DNA of 64,000 nucleotides. Origin: Candidatus Omnitrophota bacterium (GTDB lineage Bacteria > Omnitrophota > Omnitrophia > Omnitrophales > Aquincolibacteriaceae). Below are positions 18,212 through 27,143 of the stretch, one piece after another. Both the position numbers and the translations under genes were made by a program. The first letter of the stretch is position 1; each line of letters starts with the position of its first letter. The notes beneath the pieces are model-generated. The model did not search any database, was not told the origin of the DNA, and saw only the letters and a list, made by a program, of their open reading frames with translations. The stretch is from the NCBI GenBank assembly GCA_003140935.1, contig PLLJ01000045.1, forward strand, positions 2,767-66,766, read 5' to 3'.

Positions 18212-19879
18212 TCATGCTTTTTTATCCTCATATTTTTTCCTCCACGCTTTTTCATCCTCATATTTTTTTAGCCATGCCTTTTCACCTTTACGCTGATAAT
18301 CAGGATCATACCAAATAACATAGGATGCGCTGACCCCCTTGATCTGGCCCTTCTTATGCTTCTGCAGGTCATAGACAAATACGATCTTTGGATCGAGAAA
18401 TAGATTGTGATAGATGACGTACCGGTCATCAGGCGTAAAGCTTCCGCTATAACCGGACGCTTTCTCCTCCGGAAGCCCTTGTCCGTCGTTGTGGAGCAAT
18501 AATTCTGTTCCCGCAACATGATCTTTCAGGACATATTTCCAATCGTAGGTTTCAAGAGCATACCTTCCATCGGTCGATCCCGTATAATCGGAAACGGTCG
18601 GAGGCCGGTAACACGAAAGCTTGTAGAAAAAGTCATCTTTTGTCATGGTGAGTGTCGAGATCTCATGAGTATCTCGATGATAGACCCATACGATATCCTG
18701 ATAAGGATCCACTTGAATGTAGAGCGAATTTCCGTCTTTTGACCACTGGATAGAACCCGCGAAAAGAGAAGGCATGTCTTTGCGCCACACCGCAAGCGTA
18801 CTGATTTCGATCAAATCCAATTCTGTCGCGGCCTCTTTCTTAAGATCACGATTTCTGAGACAAAAAACAACGCGATCGCCTGCGGGAGAAAATCCCATGG
18901 AGTCGAGGGTTTGCTCAACCGGGAAGGAAAAAAGCTCTTTTTCCTGGAGCGTTACGGTATCCAACAAGATCATCACCTCGCGGGCTTTTCCGGGGTCCCG
19001 GGTCCCCAAAAGCAGGTATTGGCCATCAGGAGAAAATTGAGGGTCCTCCGTCAACGGTTTCGAAAGCAAGACGCGAGGGTCCTTTCCGTTGAGCTTTACG
19101 GAAGACAAAAAACCGTGCGGGTCTTTATAGTAGAGACGAAGATCCGAATCGATCCAATCCGTATAAGGAATTTGGGCAAGGGTTTCTTGGGGCCTGCGGT
19201 TCGGATGAGGATTTGTTACGTAAAGAAAGACGGAATAGATAAGACACGCTAAAATCAAGATCCCATATGATAATAAATTGGCCCGGATGACCGCTTTTTT
19301 TACAACGCCGGCATTATGATCTTTAAAAAAAGTCCTTATGATCAAGAATTCAAGCGCCACGGAAATAAAATAGGCGGGAATGAAACCGATCCCAATAGTG
19401 AGCGCGATGGTCCATAACCCGTCGAGTCCCGTGGGGGGTATCCACGCCGGGAAGGACAGAGGATAAATTTTACTCAGGACGGTTGGATGATGGAGCAATG
19501 AGAGAGAAATGACCGCCATCCCCATCTGCACAGCGAACATACAAAGCCAAGCAAGTGGGATACCGGCGAGGGTCGACGCTAAATTCGCCCACAAGGAAGG
19601 AAACACCCCGGACCGGTATTTGATTTGAAGCACTCGGGCTAATACCATGGCTTCTATAAGCACGATAGGGATCAACGCGATAAACATGGCGGGATAGGTC
19701 ACAAAGATCAAAGGCAGGCCGGCATCCGCATAAGCCAGCGAGGGGCACAAGAACACCAAGAAGCCCATTAAAAAAAAGGTGCGGGAACGCCGGGGCTCAA
19801 CATGCCGGTATGGGATATTCCTTTTAAACTTTTCAGTTAGGATATTCTCATCCATGGTTTGTCTCCGAATTTTGTCCAT
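18212..19879 (-). CDS. polytopic membrane protein with C-terminal beta-propeller-like domain
   Basis: About 6 TM segments, then a WD40/TolB-like repetitive region. The C-terminal tail is AWLKKYEDEKAWRKKYEDKKA, encoded by a 24-30 bp tandem repeat at 18212-18290. Confidence 0.55.
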   Translation of the reverse strand: MDKIRRQTMDENILTEKFKRNIPYRHVEPRRSRTFFLMGFLVFLCPSLAYADAGLPLIFVTYPAMFIALIPIVLIEAMVLARVLQIKYRSGVFPSLWANLASTLAGIPLAWLCMFAVQMGMAVISLSLLHHPTVLSKIYPLSFPAWIPPTGLDGLWTIALTIGIGFIPAYFISVALEFLIIRTFFKDHNAGVVKKAVIRANLLSYGILILACLIYSVFLYVTNPHPNRRPQETLAQIPYTDWIDSDLRLYYKDPHGFLSSVKLNGKDPRVLLSKPLTEDPQFSPDGQYLLLGTRDPGKAREVMILLDTVTLQEKELFSFPVEQTLDSMGFSPAGDRVVFCLRNRDLKKEAATELDLIEISTLAVWRKDMPSLFAGSIQWSKDGNSLYIQVDPYQDIVWVYHRDTHEISTLTMTKDDFFYKLSCYRPPTVSDYTGSTDGRYALETYDWKYVLKDHVAGTELLLHNDGQGLPEEKASGYSGSFTPDDRYVIYHNLFLDPKIVFVYDLQKHKKGQIKGVSASYVIWYDPDYQRKGEKAWLKKYEDEKAWRKKYEDKKA

Positions 19880-19891
19880 CAGGTTGCGTTT

Positions 19892-20539
19892 TTATTGTGT
19901 CCCGTGTCCCCGGGATTCTTCCCACCGTTCCATGATCCCGAGCACTTCCCGGTCCGGCACGTCGTACCAATGCCGGTAGACCTGCGCCACAGCGTGAAAA
20001 ACGACCGGCATCTCGAGCACCACGAGTTCGTCAACGGTCCGGGCGATCTCCGTCGCGACGTCTTCACCGGCCACGGGCGCCGCGACCACGATCTTTTTCG
20101 CGCGCTTGTTCCTGCAGAGCAGGATCGCGGCCCGCATCGTCGCCCCCATCGCGATCCCGTCGTCCACCAAGATCACGGTCCTGCCTTTAAGGTCCGGCAA
20201 CGGCTTTCCTTTGCGGAGCGTCTTGACCCTCCGGAGGATCTCGAGCTTCTGCGCTTCCTGGATCGCCTTCGTTTCTTTTTCCGGGACCCGTGAGGCGACG
20301 CGCTCGATCAAAAAAGTACTGCCGTCCTCGGCGATGGCGCCAAACCCCGACTCAGGGTCGTCGGGAAAAGGCAATTTCCGCGAGACCACCATGGAAAAAC
20401 GGGCGCCGAGAGACCGGGCGACGTAATACCCAACCTCCACCCCGCCTCGCGGAATTCCCAGGACCGTCACGCCCTTGTCTTTATATTTCTCAAGCGCCAG
20501 GGCCAGTTGCTCCCCGGCGTCCTTCCTGTCCTCGAACAT
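19892..20539 (-). CDS. phosphoribosyltransferase-family protein
   Basis: I start it at MFEDRKDAGEQLA (ATG 20539). PRPP-binding motif VILVDDGIAMGATM. The last codons (SRGHGTQ) are encoded by the GGGAC repeat motif. Confidence 0.75.
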   Translation of the reverse strand: MFEDRKDAGEQLALALEKYKDKGVTVLGIPRGGVEVGYYVARSLGARFSMVVSRKLPFPDDPESGFGAIAEDGSTFLIERVASRVPEKETKAIQEAQKLEILRRVKTLRKGKPLPDLKGRTVILVDDGIAMGATMRAAILLCRNKRAKKIVVAAPVAGEDVATEIARTVDELVVLEMPVVFHAVAQVYRHWYDVPDREVLGIMERWEESRGHGTQ

Positions 20540-20555
20540 AGATCCGCATTCCTTG

Positions 20556-21209
20556 TTATTTTTTAAAATGTTGGACCAAACGAGCCCCCATCTCAAAAGC
20601 CCTCCGGCAATCTTGTGGAAAAATGTCTCTCCTGCGGGCCGCCTTTTGGACCGGATCAAAACGGGGCGCGACATATTTGGAATAATCATCAAATTGGAGC
20701 GTGTCATACACCTGCAAGGTCTCCGCAGGCCCGAGGACCCTTCCCATCATGGCGCCCGTCTCGTTAAAACTCTGGTCCCAGCCCAGCTGAATCGCCATCT
20801 CCTCCGTCGCGCCGAAGGCATAGAGGATCCCCACGCGTGTCTTTCCTGGAAAAAGCGACGCCGGCGGATCCGTGTACGTGTAAAAAGGAAAAACCAGCCG
20901 CTCGATCAAAGAGCGCATCGCGCCGGTCGCGCTGGCCAGGTACACCGGTGACCCCAAGAGAATCCCGCGGGCGGTCTCGATCTTCCGAAGGAACGGCGTC
21001 AGGTCATCCTCCATCGCGCACCGGCCGTAACTCTTTCCGCCTTTCAGCTTGCAGGAAAAACAACTGGTGCAGCCTTTATAATCCAGATCATAAAGGTGGA
21101 CCAGTTCCGTTTGGGCCCCGCACGAAGCCGCGCCTTCAAGCGCGCTCTTGAGTAACGTGGCCGTATTCCACTCTTTGCGGGGGCTCCCGTTGAACGCGAT
21201 GACATTCAT
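20556..21209 (-). CDS. flavodoxin-fold NAD(P)H-dependent FMN reductase / iron-sulfur flavoprotein-like
   Basis: MNVIAFNGSPRK start and a CTSCFSC...C cysteine cluster. Confidence 0.7.
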   Translation of the reverse strand: MNVIAFNGSPRKEWNTATLLKSALEGAASCGAQTELVHLYDLDYKGCTSCFSCKLKGGKSYGRCAMEDDLTPFLRKIETARGILLGSPVYLASATGAMRSLIERLVFPFYTYTDPPASLFPGKTRVGILYAFGATEEMAIQLGWDQSFNETGAMMGRVLGPAETLQVYDTLQFDDYSKYVAPRFDPVQKAARRRDIFPQDCRRAFEMGARLVQHFKK

Positions 21210-21667
21210 GACGGATCCTTTCGCGGTTGGAAATAATGCCGGTGATCTTTGATCCAGAGCAGGCCGCCCAGCAAAGCCTGGAAAGCCACGATCACATAGA
21301 CCGCTGAAGATATGATGAAACGGTTCGATCGGAGACGCTTTATTTGGTCTCTGTCGTTTGAGTTCGATTCCCTCAAATATGCCGCGGCGTCTTTCGTTCC
21401 TTTAAGTTGCGCTTCTGTTTTCTCGACAAAACCCTTGGCCGAAGGATTGTGCCGCAAGAGGTTCTTAAGTTCATAATCGATCCCTTCCCGGCCTTTCAAT
21501 TGATAAGCCAGCTCCAGTTTCTCATACCGTGTTTTCTCCAGATTGTAGTATTGCATTCTTTGCCATACGCCATAACGCATCATGAAATTCAAAGATAAGA
21601 GCAGTCCCGCCAGCACAACCCCCGCGATCTGCCGCCGTTTGAGTTTTATTTTAAGGATCCTTTTCAT
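21206..21667 (-). CDS. membrane protein, unknown function
   Basis: Two predicted TM helices. Overlaps both neighbours by 4 nt, so it looks like an operon member. Confidence 0.45.
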   Translation of the reverse strand: MKRILKIKLKRRQIAGVVLAGLLLSLNFMMRYGVWQRMQYYNLEKTRYEKLELAYQLKGREGIDYELKNLLRHNPSAKGFVEKTEAQLKGTKDAAAYLRESNSNDRDQIKRLRSNRFIISSAVYVIVAFQALLGGLLWIKDHRHYFQPRKDPS

Positions 21668-22302
21668 TTCGAGCTCTCAGCATGATAGTTTTGGAATTTC
21701 CTCAGCCTGATAAAAAAGAACACGAGGCCGAGAAGCGTCGTGAAAATGGACAGGCCGATCAAGAAGTGTTGAAGGCCCGGCGAGAACTTAGCCCAATCTT
21801 TACCCGCGACGCCGCCGATCATGAAAAATGTCGCGGACCAGATCGTGCAGCCTAAAGAAGAAAGGACCACAAAATCAAAAATTTCGACCCCGAGCACCGC
21901 CGCCAAAGGACCCAGCAGATGCCGGATCACCGGAAGAAAGTAGCCGAACACAAGCCCCCACTTCCCCACCCACTTAAATGAAGAAACGAGGTATTCTTTT
22001 TTTTCACTCTCAGGATAAAAATAGCGGATGTGTTTTTTTGTGGCCGCGACACCGATGGCATGCACGATCCCATATCCCAGGACGGTCGCCGCGACGCCCC
22101 CTAAAATGATCGCAAGAAGCGCGAGGACAATGCTCAGCTTGCCCTGATAAGCCCGGTAGCCGGCATAGGCCAGAAATCCTTCCACGGGAAGCGGCAACCC
22201 GATCACTCCCAGGAACATCGAGAGGAATATCCCCGCATATTGATGCCTTATGGCAAAAGCTGAGACGGGCCCTAAAAATTTAAAATAATACTTGAGAGAC
22301 AT
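21664..22302 (-). CDS. DedA/SNARE-associated family membrane protein
   Basis: GLPLPVEGFLAYAGY motif and multi-TM topology. Confidence 0.75.
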   Translation of the reverse strand: MSLKYYFKFLGPVSAFAIRHQYAGIFLSMFLGVIGLPLPVEGFLAYAGYRAYQGKLSIVLALLAIILGGVAATVLGYGIVHAIGVAATKKHIRYFYPESEKKEYLVSSFKWVGKWGLVFGYFLPVIRHLLGPLAAVLGVEIFDFVVLSSLGCTIWSATFFMIGGVAGKDWAKFSPGLQHFLIGLSIFTTLLGLVFFFIRLRKFQNYHAESSK

Positions 22303-22337
22303 ATTTTTGAGATCCTTTGAGAAAATTAAGGATACAT

Positions 22338-23618
22338 TTATTTATTTTTTTCCAGAAAAGCCAGCACCTTCGGCAGGATCCGCCGGAAGGTCGTCAACAC
22401 CAGGGGGTCGAAAACAACGCCGTTCATCTCTTCGAGGTGTTCCATCGTCCTCTGCAAAGTCCACGCTTCCTTATAAGGACGGCGCGAGAGGAGGGAATCG
22501 AAGGCGTCGCACAGCGACACGATCCGGCCGATGAGCGGGATCTTCTCGCCCGCGAGCGCGTGCGGATAGCCGGAGCCGTTCCATCGTTCGTGGTGCGTGA
22601 CCGCGATCGTCTTCGCCATCCGCGCGAGCGCGCAGTCGCTTTGGGACAGGATCTCGGCGCCGATCGTGGTGTGCGTTTTCATGATCTCCCATTCGTCCGG
22701 GGTCAGCGGCCCGTGCTTGAGGAGGATGTGGTCCGGGATCCCGATCTTGCCGATGTCGTGCATGGCGCTCGCGTGAAGCAGGGACTCGCATTCGTCCTTC
22801 GGCAGCCGCAGGGCCTTCCCGACCATCGCGCAGATCTGGCTCATCCGCCGGATGTGCAGGCCGGTCGTCGTGTCGCGGTTCTCGGCGGCCGCGGCGAGGA
22901 CGTAGACGATCTCGCGCTGGGTCTTGTCGAGCTCCCGGGTCCGTTCGCGCACGAGTTCTTCCAGATGGTTCTTGTGGAGCTCGAGTTCCTGCGCCGTCTT
23001 GATGCGCCTCTCGATCTCCTTGCGCAGCCGCTGGGCGTTGAGATAGTCCAGCCGGACGTACGCCTCCATTTTGTAACAGGTGTACATCCCGAGCACGTTC
23101 CCCATCACGAGGTAGAAGAAGTTCTTCACGAGCATGCCATACGGGATCGGGTTGATGCCGATCACTACGATCCCGTAACCGAGGACGATCAGGACGCCGG
23201 TGATAGAACCGTAGATGAAGCGCGGCCGCATGACCACGTAGCCGTAGATGAAGATCACAAGCAGGCTCAGCGCGCTGACCGCGCTTTCCGCCTCCGGCAG
23301 GAAGGCGGTCCGGACGATCACGGAGAGCGCGGCGGCCAGAATGCCGGTGATGATCACGTAATCGAGATATTTATGAGGGTTCGGGAAAAAGGAGACGGCC
23401 CAGCACAGGAGCAGGATGGGGCAGACGATCGCGTACCGGACGAAAAGAAGCTGCGGAAGGATCGCGCGCGGCGCGACCCAAACGTCGATCACGCCGAAGA
23501 GCGCCCAAATGATCGCCCCGAGAAGCATGGACGCCCGCATGTCACGGAGGTGGCCCCGGAAATAGGATTCCAGGAACACGGGTTCCTCGGTTTTACTGAA
23601 AGATAGTCCGAAAGACAT
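22338..23618 (-). CDS. membrane-bound HD-GYP domain phosphodiesterase
   Basis: N-terminal 6-TM region, coiled linker, HDIGKIGIPDHILLK ... HHERWNGSGYP. Confidence 0.8.
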   Translation of the reverse strand: MSFGLSFSKTEEPVFLESYFRGHLRDMRASMLLGAIIWALFGVIDVWVAPRAILPQLLFVRYAIVCPILLLCWAVSFFPNPHKYLDYVIITGILAAALSVIVRTAFLPEAESAVSALSLLVIFIYGYVVMRPRFIYGSITGVLIVLGYGIVVIGINPIPYGMLVKNFFYLVMGNVLGMYTCYKMEAYVRLDYLNAQRLRKEIERRIKTAQELELHKNHLEELVRERTRELDKTQREIVYVLAAAAENRDTTTGLHIRRMSQICAMVGKALRLPKDECESLLHASAMHDIGKIGIPDHILLKHGPLTPDEWEIMKTHTTIGAEILSQSDCALARMAKTIAVTHHERWNGSGYPHALAGEKIPLIGRIVSLCDAFDSLLSRRPYKEAWTLQRTMEHLEEMNGVVFDPLVLTTFRRILPKVLAFLEKNK

Positions 23619-23690
23619 CGGTTCGTCTCACCTCTTCGATAGGGATCGGTTTAGATGATGGCGAGAGCCTAACAACTTCTCCCGGAAAAA

Positions 23691-24563
23691 TCAATGCCTG
23701 GCTGAAGGCGGCATTCCGGGGCCGAAAGATCCAGTTTGGGCCGGGAATTTTTCAAAAAATATCTTTTTATCAAAATGGACGATGAGAGCCGCGATCAGGA
23801 TGAGCACGACCGTCTCAATGCATTTCGCGGCCTGCCCCATTTCGAGGAGCCCCTGGCAGTTGATCACGGCGTGGAACAGGACCGCCGGCAGGATATGGCC
23901 CTTATTCTTATACCATAACCAGTTGAGGATGAACGCCGCCGGCAGGATGCTCACGAAGAAGTTGAGAGCGAACCAAGGGTGGGTTAAAAGCGTGTGGTGA
24001 TAGTAATGATCGATCAAGAACAAGGGGATGTGCCAGAAAGCCCATAAGGCGGCGAAGATCCATGTCGCTTTGAAGAAAGTGCGTTCCCCGCGCAGGCTGT
24101 CCATGCCGTAACCTTTCCAGCCCAATTCCTCGGTCAAGGCAGCCCCGAAGAACATCACGGGAAGCGGAACAAACCCCGACGCATCATGAACGGTTCCGGC
24201 CATGCTGAGCTGGCCCAGGGACTGGCCGAAGAGGAGATGAGACAGGAACACCGAAAGGACCACCACAAGGGGCATGAGAAAAAAGACGGCCGGAAGGGTC
24301 GAGGGTTGGATCGATCTGAGATCAAAAAGCCGGTCCTGAAAATTCCGCTTGAGCCCGGCGTTCTTCGAAGCGAAGATCAGCCCCAGGGCCGCGCATAAAG
24401 GGCCGAAGAGTCCCGCGAGTTCGAGGACGGAAAGCCATGCCTTCGCCCCGCCGCCCGGCTGATAACTGAAATAAGCCGCCCCAAGCCAGGCGGCCCAGGT
24501 GATCAGATTGGCAATAAAGAAAAATTGAACCGGCTTGTAGACATAAGGTTTTTCCATAAGCAT
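23691..24563 (-). CDS. CPBP (CAAX) family intramembrane glutamic protease
   Basis: EELGWKGY and FWHIP / HAVIN motifs. Polytopic. Confidence 0.75.
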   Translation of the reverse strand: MLMEKPYVYKPVQFFFIANLITWAAWLGAAYFSYQPGGGAKAWLSVLELAGLFGPLCAALGLIFASKNAGLKRNFQDRLFDLRSIQPSTLPAVFFLMPLVVVLSVFLSHLLFGQSLGQLSMAGTVHDASGFVPLPVMFFGAALTEELGWKGYGMDSLRGERTFFKATWIFAALWAFWHIPLFLIDHYYHHTLLTHPWFALNFFVSILPAAFILNWLWYKNKGHILPAVLFHAVINCQGLLEMGQAAKCIETVVLILIAALIVHFDKKIFFEKFPAQTGSFGPGMPPSARH

Positions 24564-24700
24564 CTCCGGGCCCGGCTCATCTATGTTTTACGTGTCCCGT
24601 GCGAAAACGAGAACCCCAAGTTCCCGTGAGCCCGCCGAAAACATGGATTTCCGTCCGGGATGCTTCATGAGCGCCTTCGCTTCGCCCCGGTCCTGCTTTT

Positions 24701-24916
24701 TTATGCCCGCTGCGGGTTCATCAACTTAAACCAGGGACATCGCTTGACGCAAAATAGCAAACCCCTGCCCTTCGCTTTGGAACAACCCGCTTTGTCCAGA
24801 GAAGACGCGACTTCCCAGCATTTCCTGCCCGTTGACGGAAAGGCGGCGCATTGGATCTTGGTGGCTCTCGGGCAATCCCAGAATTCCCAGCAGTTCTGCG
24901 GTCTCGGATCCGTCAT
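24701..24916 (-). CDS. small Cys-rich two-CW-domain protein
   Basis: NCWEFWDCP ... GRKCWEV ... C..C.WFK. This matches the pattern I recall for 'two-CW domain' proteins. 71 aa. Confidence 0.55.
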   Translation of the reverse strand: MTDPRPQNCWEFWDCPRATKIQCAAFPSTGRKCWEVASSLDKAGCSKAKGRGLLFCVKRCPWFKLMNPQRA

Positions 24917-25010
24917 AGACCTTTTTCCCCTTTCTGCTTTTTGTCGAACGGTCCCATTTTCTCTTTCTTATTTTGACCGCCTTCGCGGAACCCCTTTATC
25001 AAATAGTAAC

Positions 25011-25042
25011 ACTATTTTACGAAGATAGGACGAAGAACAAAG
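25011..25042 (-). promoter_or_regulatory. 32-bp promoter-like motif, diverged copy (upstream of the two-CW gene)
   Basis: The minus strand reads CTTTGTTCTTCGTCCTATCTTCGTAAAATAGT. It matches 24 of 32 positions of the copies at 31888 and 32255 and carries a TAAAAT -10-like hexamer. Confidence 0.4.
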
Positions 25043-25083
25043 CGTTTTGAGGATGAGTCGAACGGTGCTGTCCAACTTTGGGC

Positions 25084-25147
25084 TCTATATCCTATCCGCC
25101 AAATTTCGCGGACGGATCCGTCCACGCCGTGTGGCGGATAGGGTATA
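25084..25147. repeat. module-B hairpin repeat
   Basis: ctatatcctatccgcca pairs with tggcggatagggtatag (17-bp stem, 1 mismatch). The stem encloses the palindrome ggacggatccgtcc. Confidence 0.8.
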
Positions 25148-25169
25148 GGGTTTGTCACTCATTCCGGGG

Positions 25170-25305
25170 TATTGCGCTCGCTTTACGGAATCCCCTCTAC
25201 GTTTTCGATGGAATCCCCGGAGTGCCGGGCCCCGTTCTACTGATCTTGATATTTTATAAGCGCCAGGGCCAGTTGTCGCCCGGTATCTTTTCTGTCCTTG
25301 AACAT
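25170..25305 (-). pseudogene. decayed 5' fragment of a phosphoribosyltransferase paralog
   Basis: The minus strand reads ATG TTC AAG GAC AGA AAA GAT ACC GGG CGA CAA CTG GCC CTG GCG CTT ATA AAA TAT CAA GAT CAG TAG, i.e. MFKDRKDTGRQLALALIKYQDQ*. The intact gene at 20539 reads MFEDRKDAGEQLALALEKYKDKGV. I judge nucleotide identity at about 75-80% by eye over about 65 nt. A frame-broken GIPxxxVE-like trace follows. Confidence 0.55.
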
Positions 25306-25307
25306 AA

Positions 25308-25370
25308 CCCCGAGTCCCGAATCCCGAGTCCCTGTATTATTGTGTCTCGCGTCCCGAGTTGCGAGTCCCC
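25308..25370. repeat. GAGTC/GGGAC heptad motif cluster (family E)
   Basis: cccgagtcccgaatcccgagtccctgtattattgtgtctcgcgtcccgagttgcgagtccccc, immediately 3' of pcm. The core gagtccctgtattattgtgtc recurs at 29448. Confidence 0.7.
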
Positions 25371-25375
25371 CGCTT

Positions 25376-26080
25376 TTATTGCTCCGCTTTCATGGGAACA
25401 AAAATGACGGGGAGCAGGGACTCCCTCTCAAAACCCGTATCCGTTCGTGTAATGCGGACGAGCTCCTGGGAAGAACCTCCCACGGGAATCACCATCCGCC
25501 CTCCGACCTTCAACTGCTCCAGCAATGCTTCCGGGACTTCGGTGGGCGCCGCCGTGACCAGGATCACATCGAACGGCGCATGTTGGGGCCATCCCTGATT
25601 GCCGTCCCCCCATTTGACTTCTACGTTGTTGTATCCGAGCTGTGTCAATTTCTGGGTCGCCGCATCCGCAAGTTCTCTTATGATTTCCACACTATAAACT
25701 TCTTTGGCGAGCTCGCCAAGGATGGCGGCTTGATATCCCGAGCCTGTTCCGATCTCAAGCACGCGGTCCTCCGGTCCGACAAGGCCTTTCTCCGTCATGT
25801 AGGCCACGATATAGGGTTGCGAGATCGTCTGCCCGCGGCCGATCGGGAGAGGCTGGTCCGCGTAAGCCGCGCCGCGAAGAAGCGCCGGAACGAACAAATG
25901 GCGCGGGACCTTCCGCATGGCGTTGAGCGTTCTTTGATCGCGGACGCCGCGCAGGACGATCTGTTCGTCCACCATCTTTTGCCGCGCCGAGACGAACGCG
26001 TTCTCTTCCGCTAAGACCGGTCGCGGCAAAAGCGATGCTGTAAAACAAGCCAGATAAAAGATCTTTGCTGTGCTTATCAT
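25376..26080 (-). CDS. pcm: protein-L-isoaspartate O-methyltransferase
   Basis: VLEIGTGSGYQAAIL SAM motif, TISQPY, and family-typical length. Has a signal/anchor N-terminus. Confidence 0.85.
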   Translation of the reverse strand: MISTAKIFYLACFTASLLPRPVLAEENAFVSARQKMVDEQIVLRGVRDQRTLNAMRKVPRHLFVPALLRGAAYADQPLPIGRGQTISQPYIVAYMTEKGLVGPEDRVLEIGTGSGYQAAILGELAKEVYSVEIIRELADAATQKLTQLGYNNVEVKWGDGNQGWPQHAPFDVILVTAAPTEVPEALLEQLKVGGRMVIPVGGSSQELVRITRTDTGFERESLLPVIFVPMKAEQ

Positions 26081-26169
26081 GACCCCCGCTCCCCCGCGTC
26101 TTTTTCAGGGAAAAATGCGCCGCGTAAAAAAGGGTATCGCCGTACGCGGCGTCCACGCTGTTTGTTTTG

Positions 26170-27036
26170 TTATAGGTTAATGTTCAGAAAGGCCCGCACG
26201 CCGAGCCCGATCAGAAAAGAAAGGCCGGCGACGCCGAGCGAGATCGAGACCATCTCGACGAACCGTTTGCGGAAATCCAGGCCCTTGGCGACCGAGATGT
26301 AGAAGGTAAACGCAAAGATGATCACCACCGCGGTCACGAGCATCACGGCAAGGGAAACGAGGAGCTCTTTCGATAAAAGATAGGGCAGGACCAGCAGGGT
26401 CACGGTCAGGAGATAGGCGATGCCCGTATAGACCGAGGCCTTGACCGGGTCCTTGCCTTCGCTCTCCGAGCGCGTGGAAAGGAATTCCGAAGCCGCCATG
26501 GATAAAGAAGCGGCGATCCCCGTAATGGCGCCGGCCGTCGCCACGAGCTTGGCGCTCCCCAGCGCGAAGGTGAACCCCGCGAGCGCGCCGGTCAGTTCCA
26601 CCAGCGCGTCGTTCAGTCCCAGCACGATCGAACCCACGTACTTCAAACGCTCCTCGTCGATCATCTCCAGGAGCCGGTGTTCATGCCCCTCTTCGTCGGC
26701 GACGATCCCGGAAGCCTCCGCCACGCTGAGACTCATCAACGCGTAGGCCTCCTGGGCGTCCGCCTCCCCGCCCTCCATGAGCTTGAGACCGAACGTGAGG
26801 CCGAGCACGCGCGCGATAAGGAAATATTTCCATACCGTGGCGCGGTCGGGCAAAAGGTCCCGGCCCGTGTGCTTCTTCCAGATCTCATAATGGCGGAGCT
26901 CGTCGGCGGCGATCTTTTCCAGGACCTCTTTATTTTTCGCGCTTTTTTCGATCGAGGCCAGCTTGAGATAGATGAAATGCTCCGTGATCTCGTTTTTCTG
27001 GAAAGCCAGAATTTTTTCCATGACCGTGTGACTCAT
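26170..27036 (-). CDS. VIT1/CCC1-family iron transporter with N-terminal ferritin-like domain
   Basis: N-terminal rubrerythrin/ferritin-like ExxH pairs (ELRHYE, EEGHEH). GLNDALVELTGALAG and C-terminal TM helices. Confidence 0.8.
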   Translation of the reverse strand: MSHTVMEKILAFQKNEITEHFIYLKLASIEKSAKNKEVLEKIAADELRHYEIWKKHTGRDLLPDRATVWKYFLIARVLGLTFGLKLMEGGEADAQEAYALMSLSVAEASGIVADEEGHEHRLLEMIDEERLKYVGSIVLGLNDALVELTGALAGFTFALGSAKLVATAGAITGIAASLSMAASEFLSTRSESEGKDPVKASVYTGIAYLLTVTLLVLPYLLSKELLVSLAVMLVTAVVIIFAFTFYISVAKGLDFRKRFVEMVSISLGVAGLSFLIGLGVRAFLNINL

Positions 27037-27143
27037 CGCGTTCTCCTGTTCCCGGACATCATCCCGCGTTCCTTTTTTGAAAAAATACGCCGCTTAAGCT
27101 GAAACCACGTTCCATTTTAGAGGAAGGATGGAATGAAGTCCTC

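Noticed and set aside
22317-23606. Long plus-strand ORFs of 300-500 aa, for example 22317-23606, 13109-14476, 42368-43897, 49262-50554, 46260-47177 and 48394-49305.
   Set aside because: Each lies antisense to a gene with clear family motifs. They are R/G/D/H/P-rich with no recognisable motifs. These are the typical shadow ORFs of GC-rich DNA.
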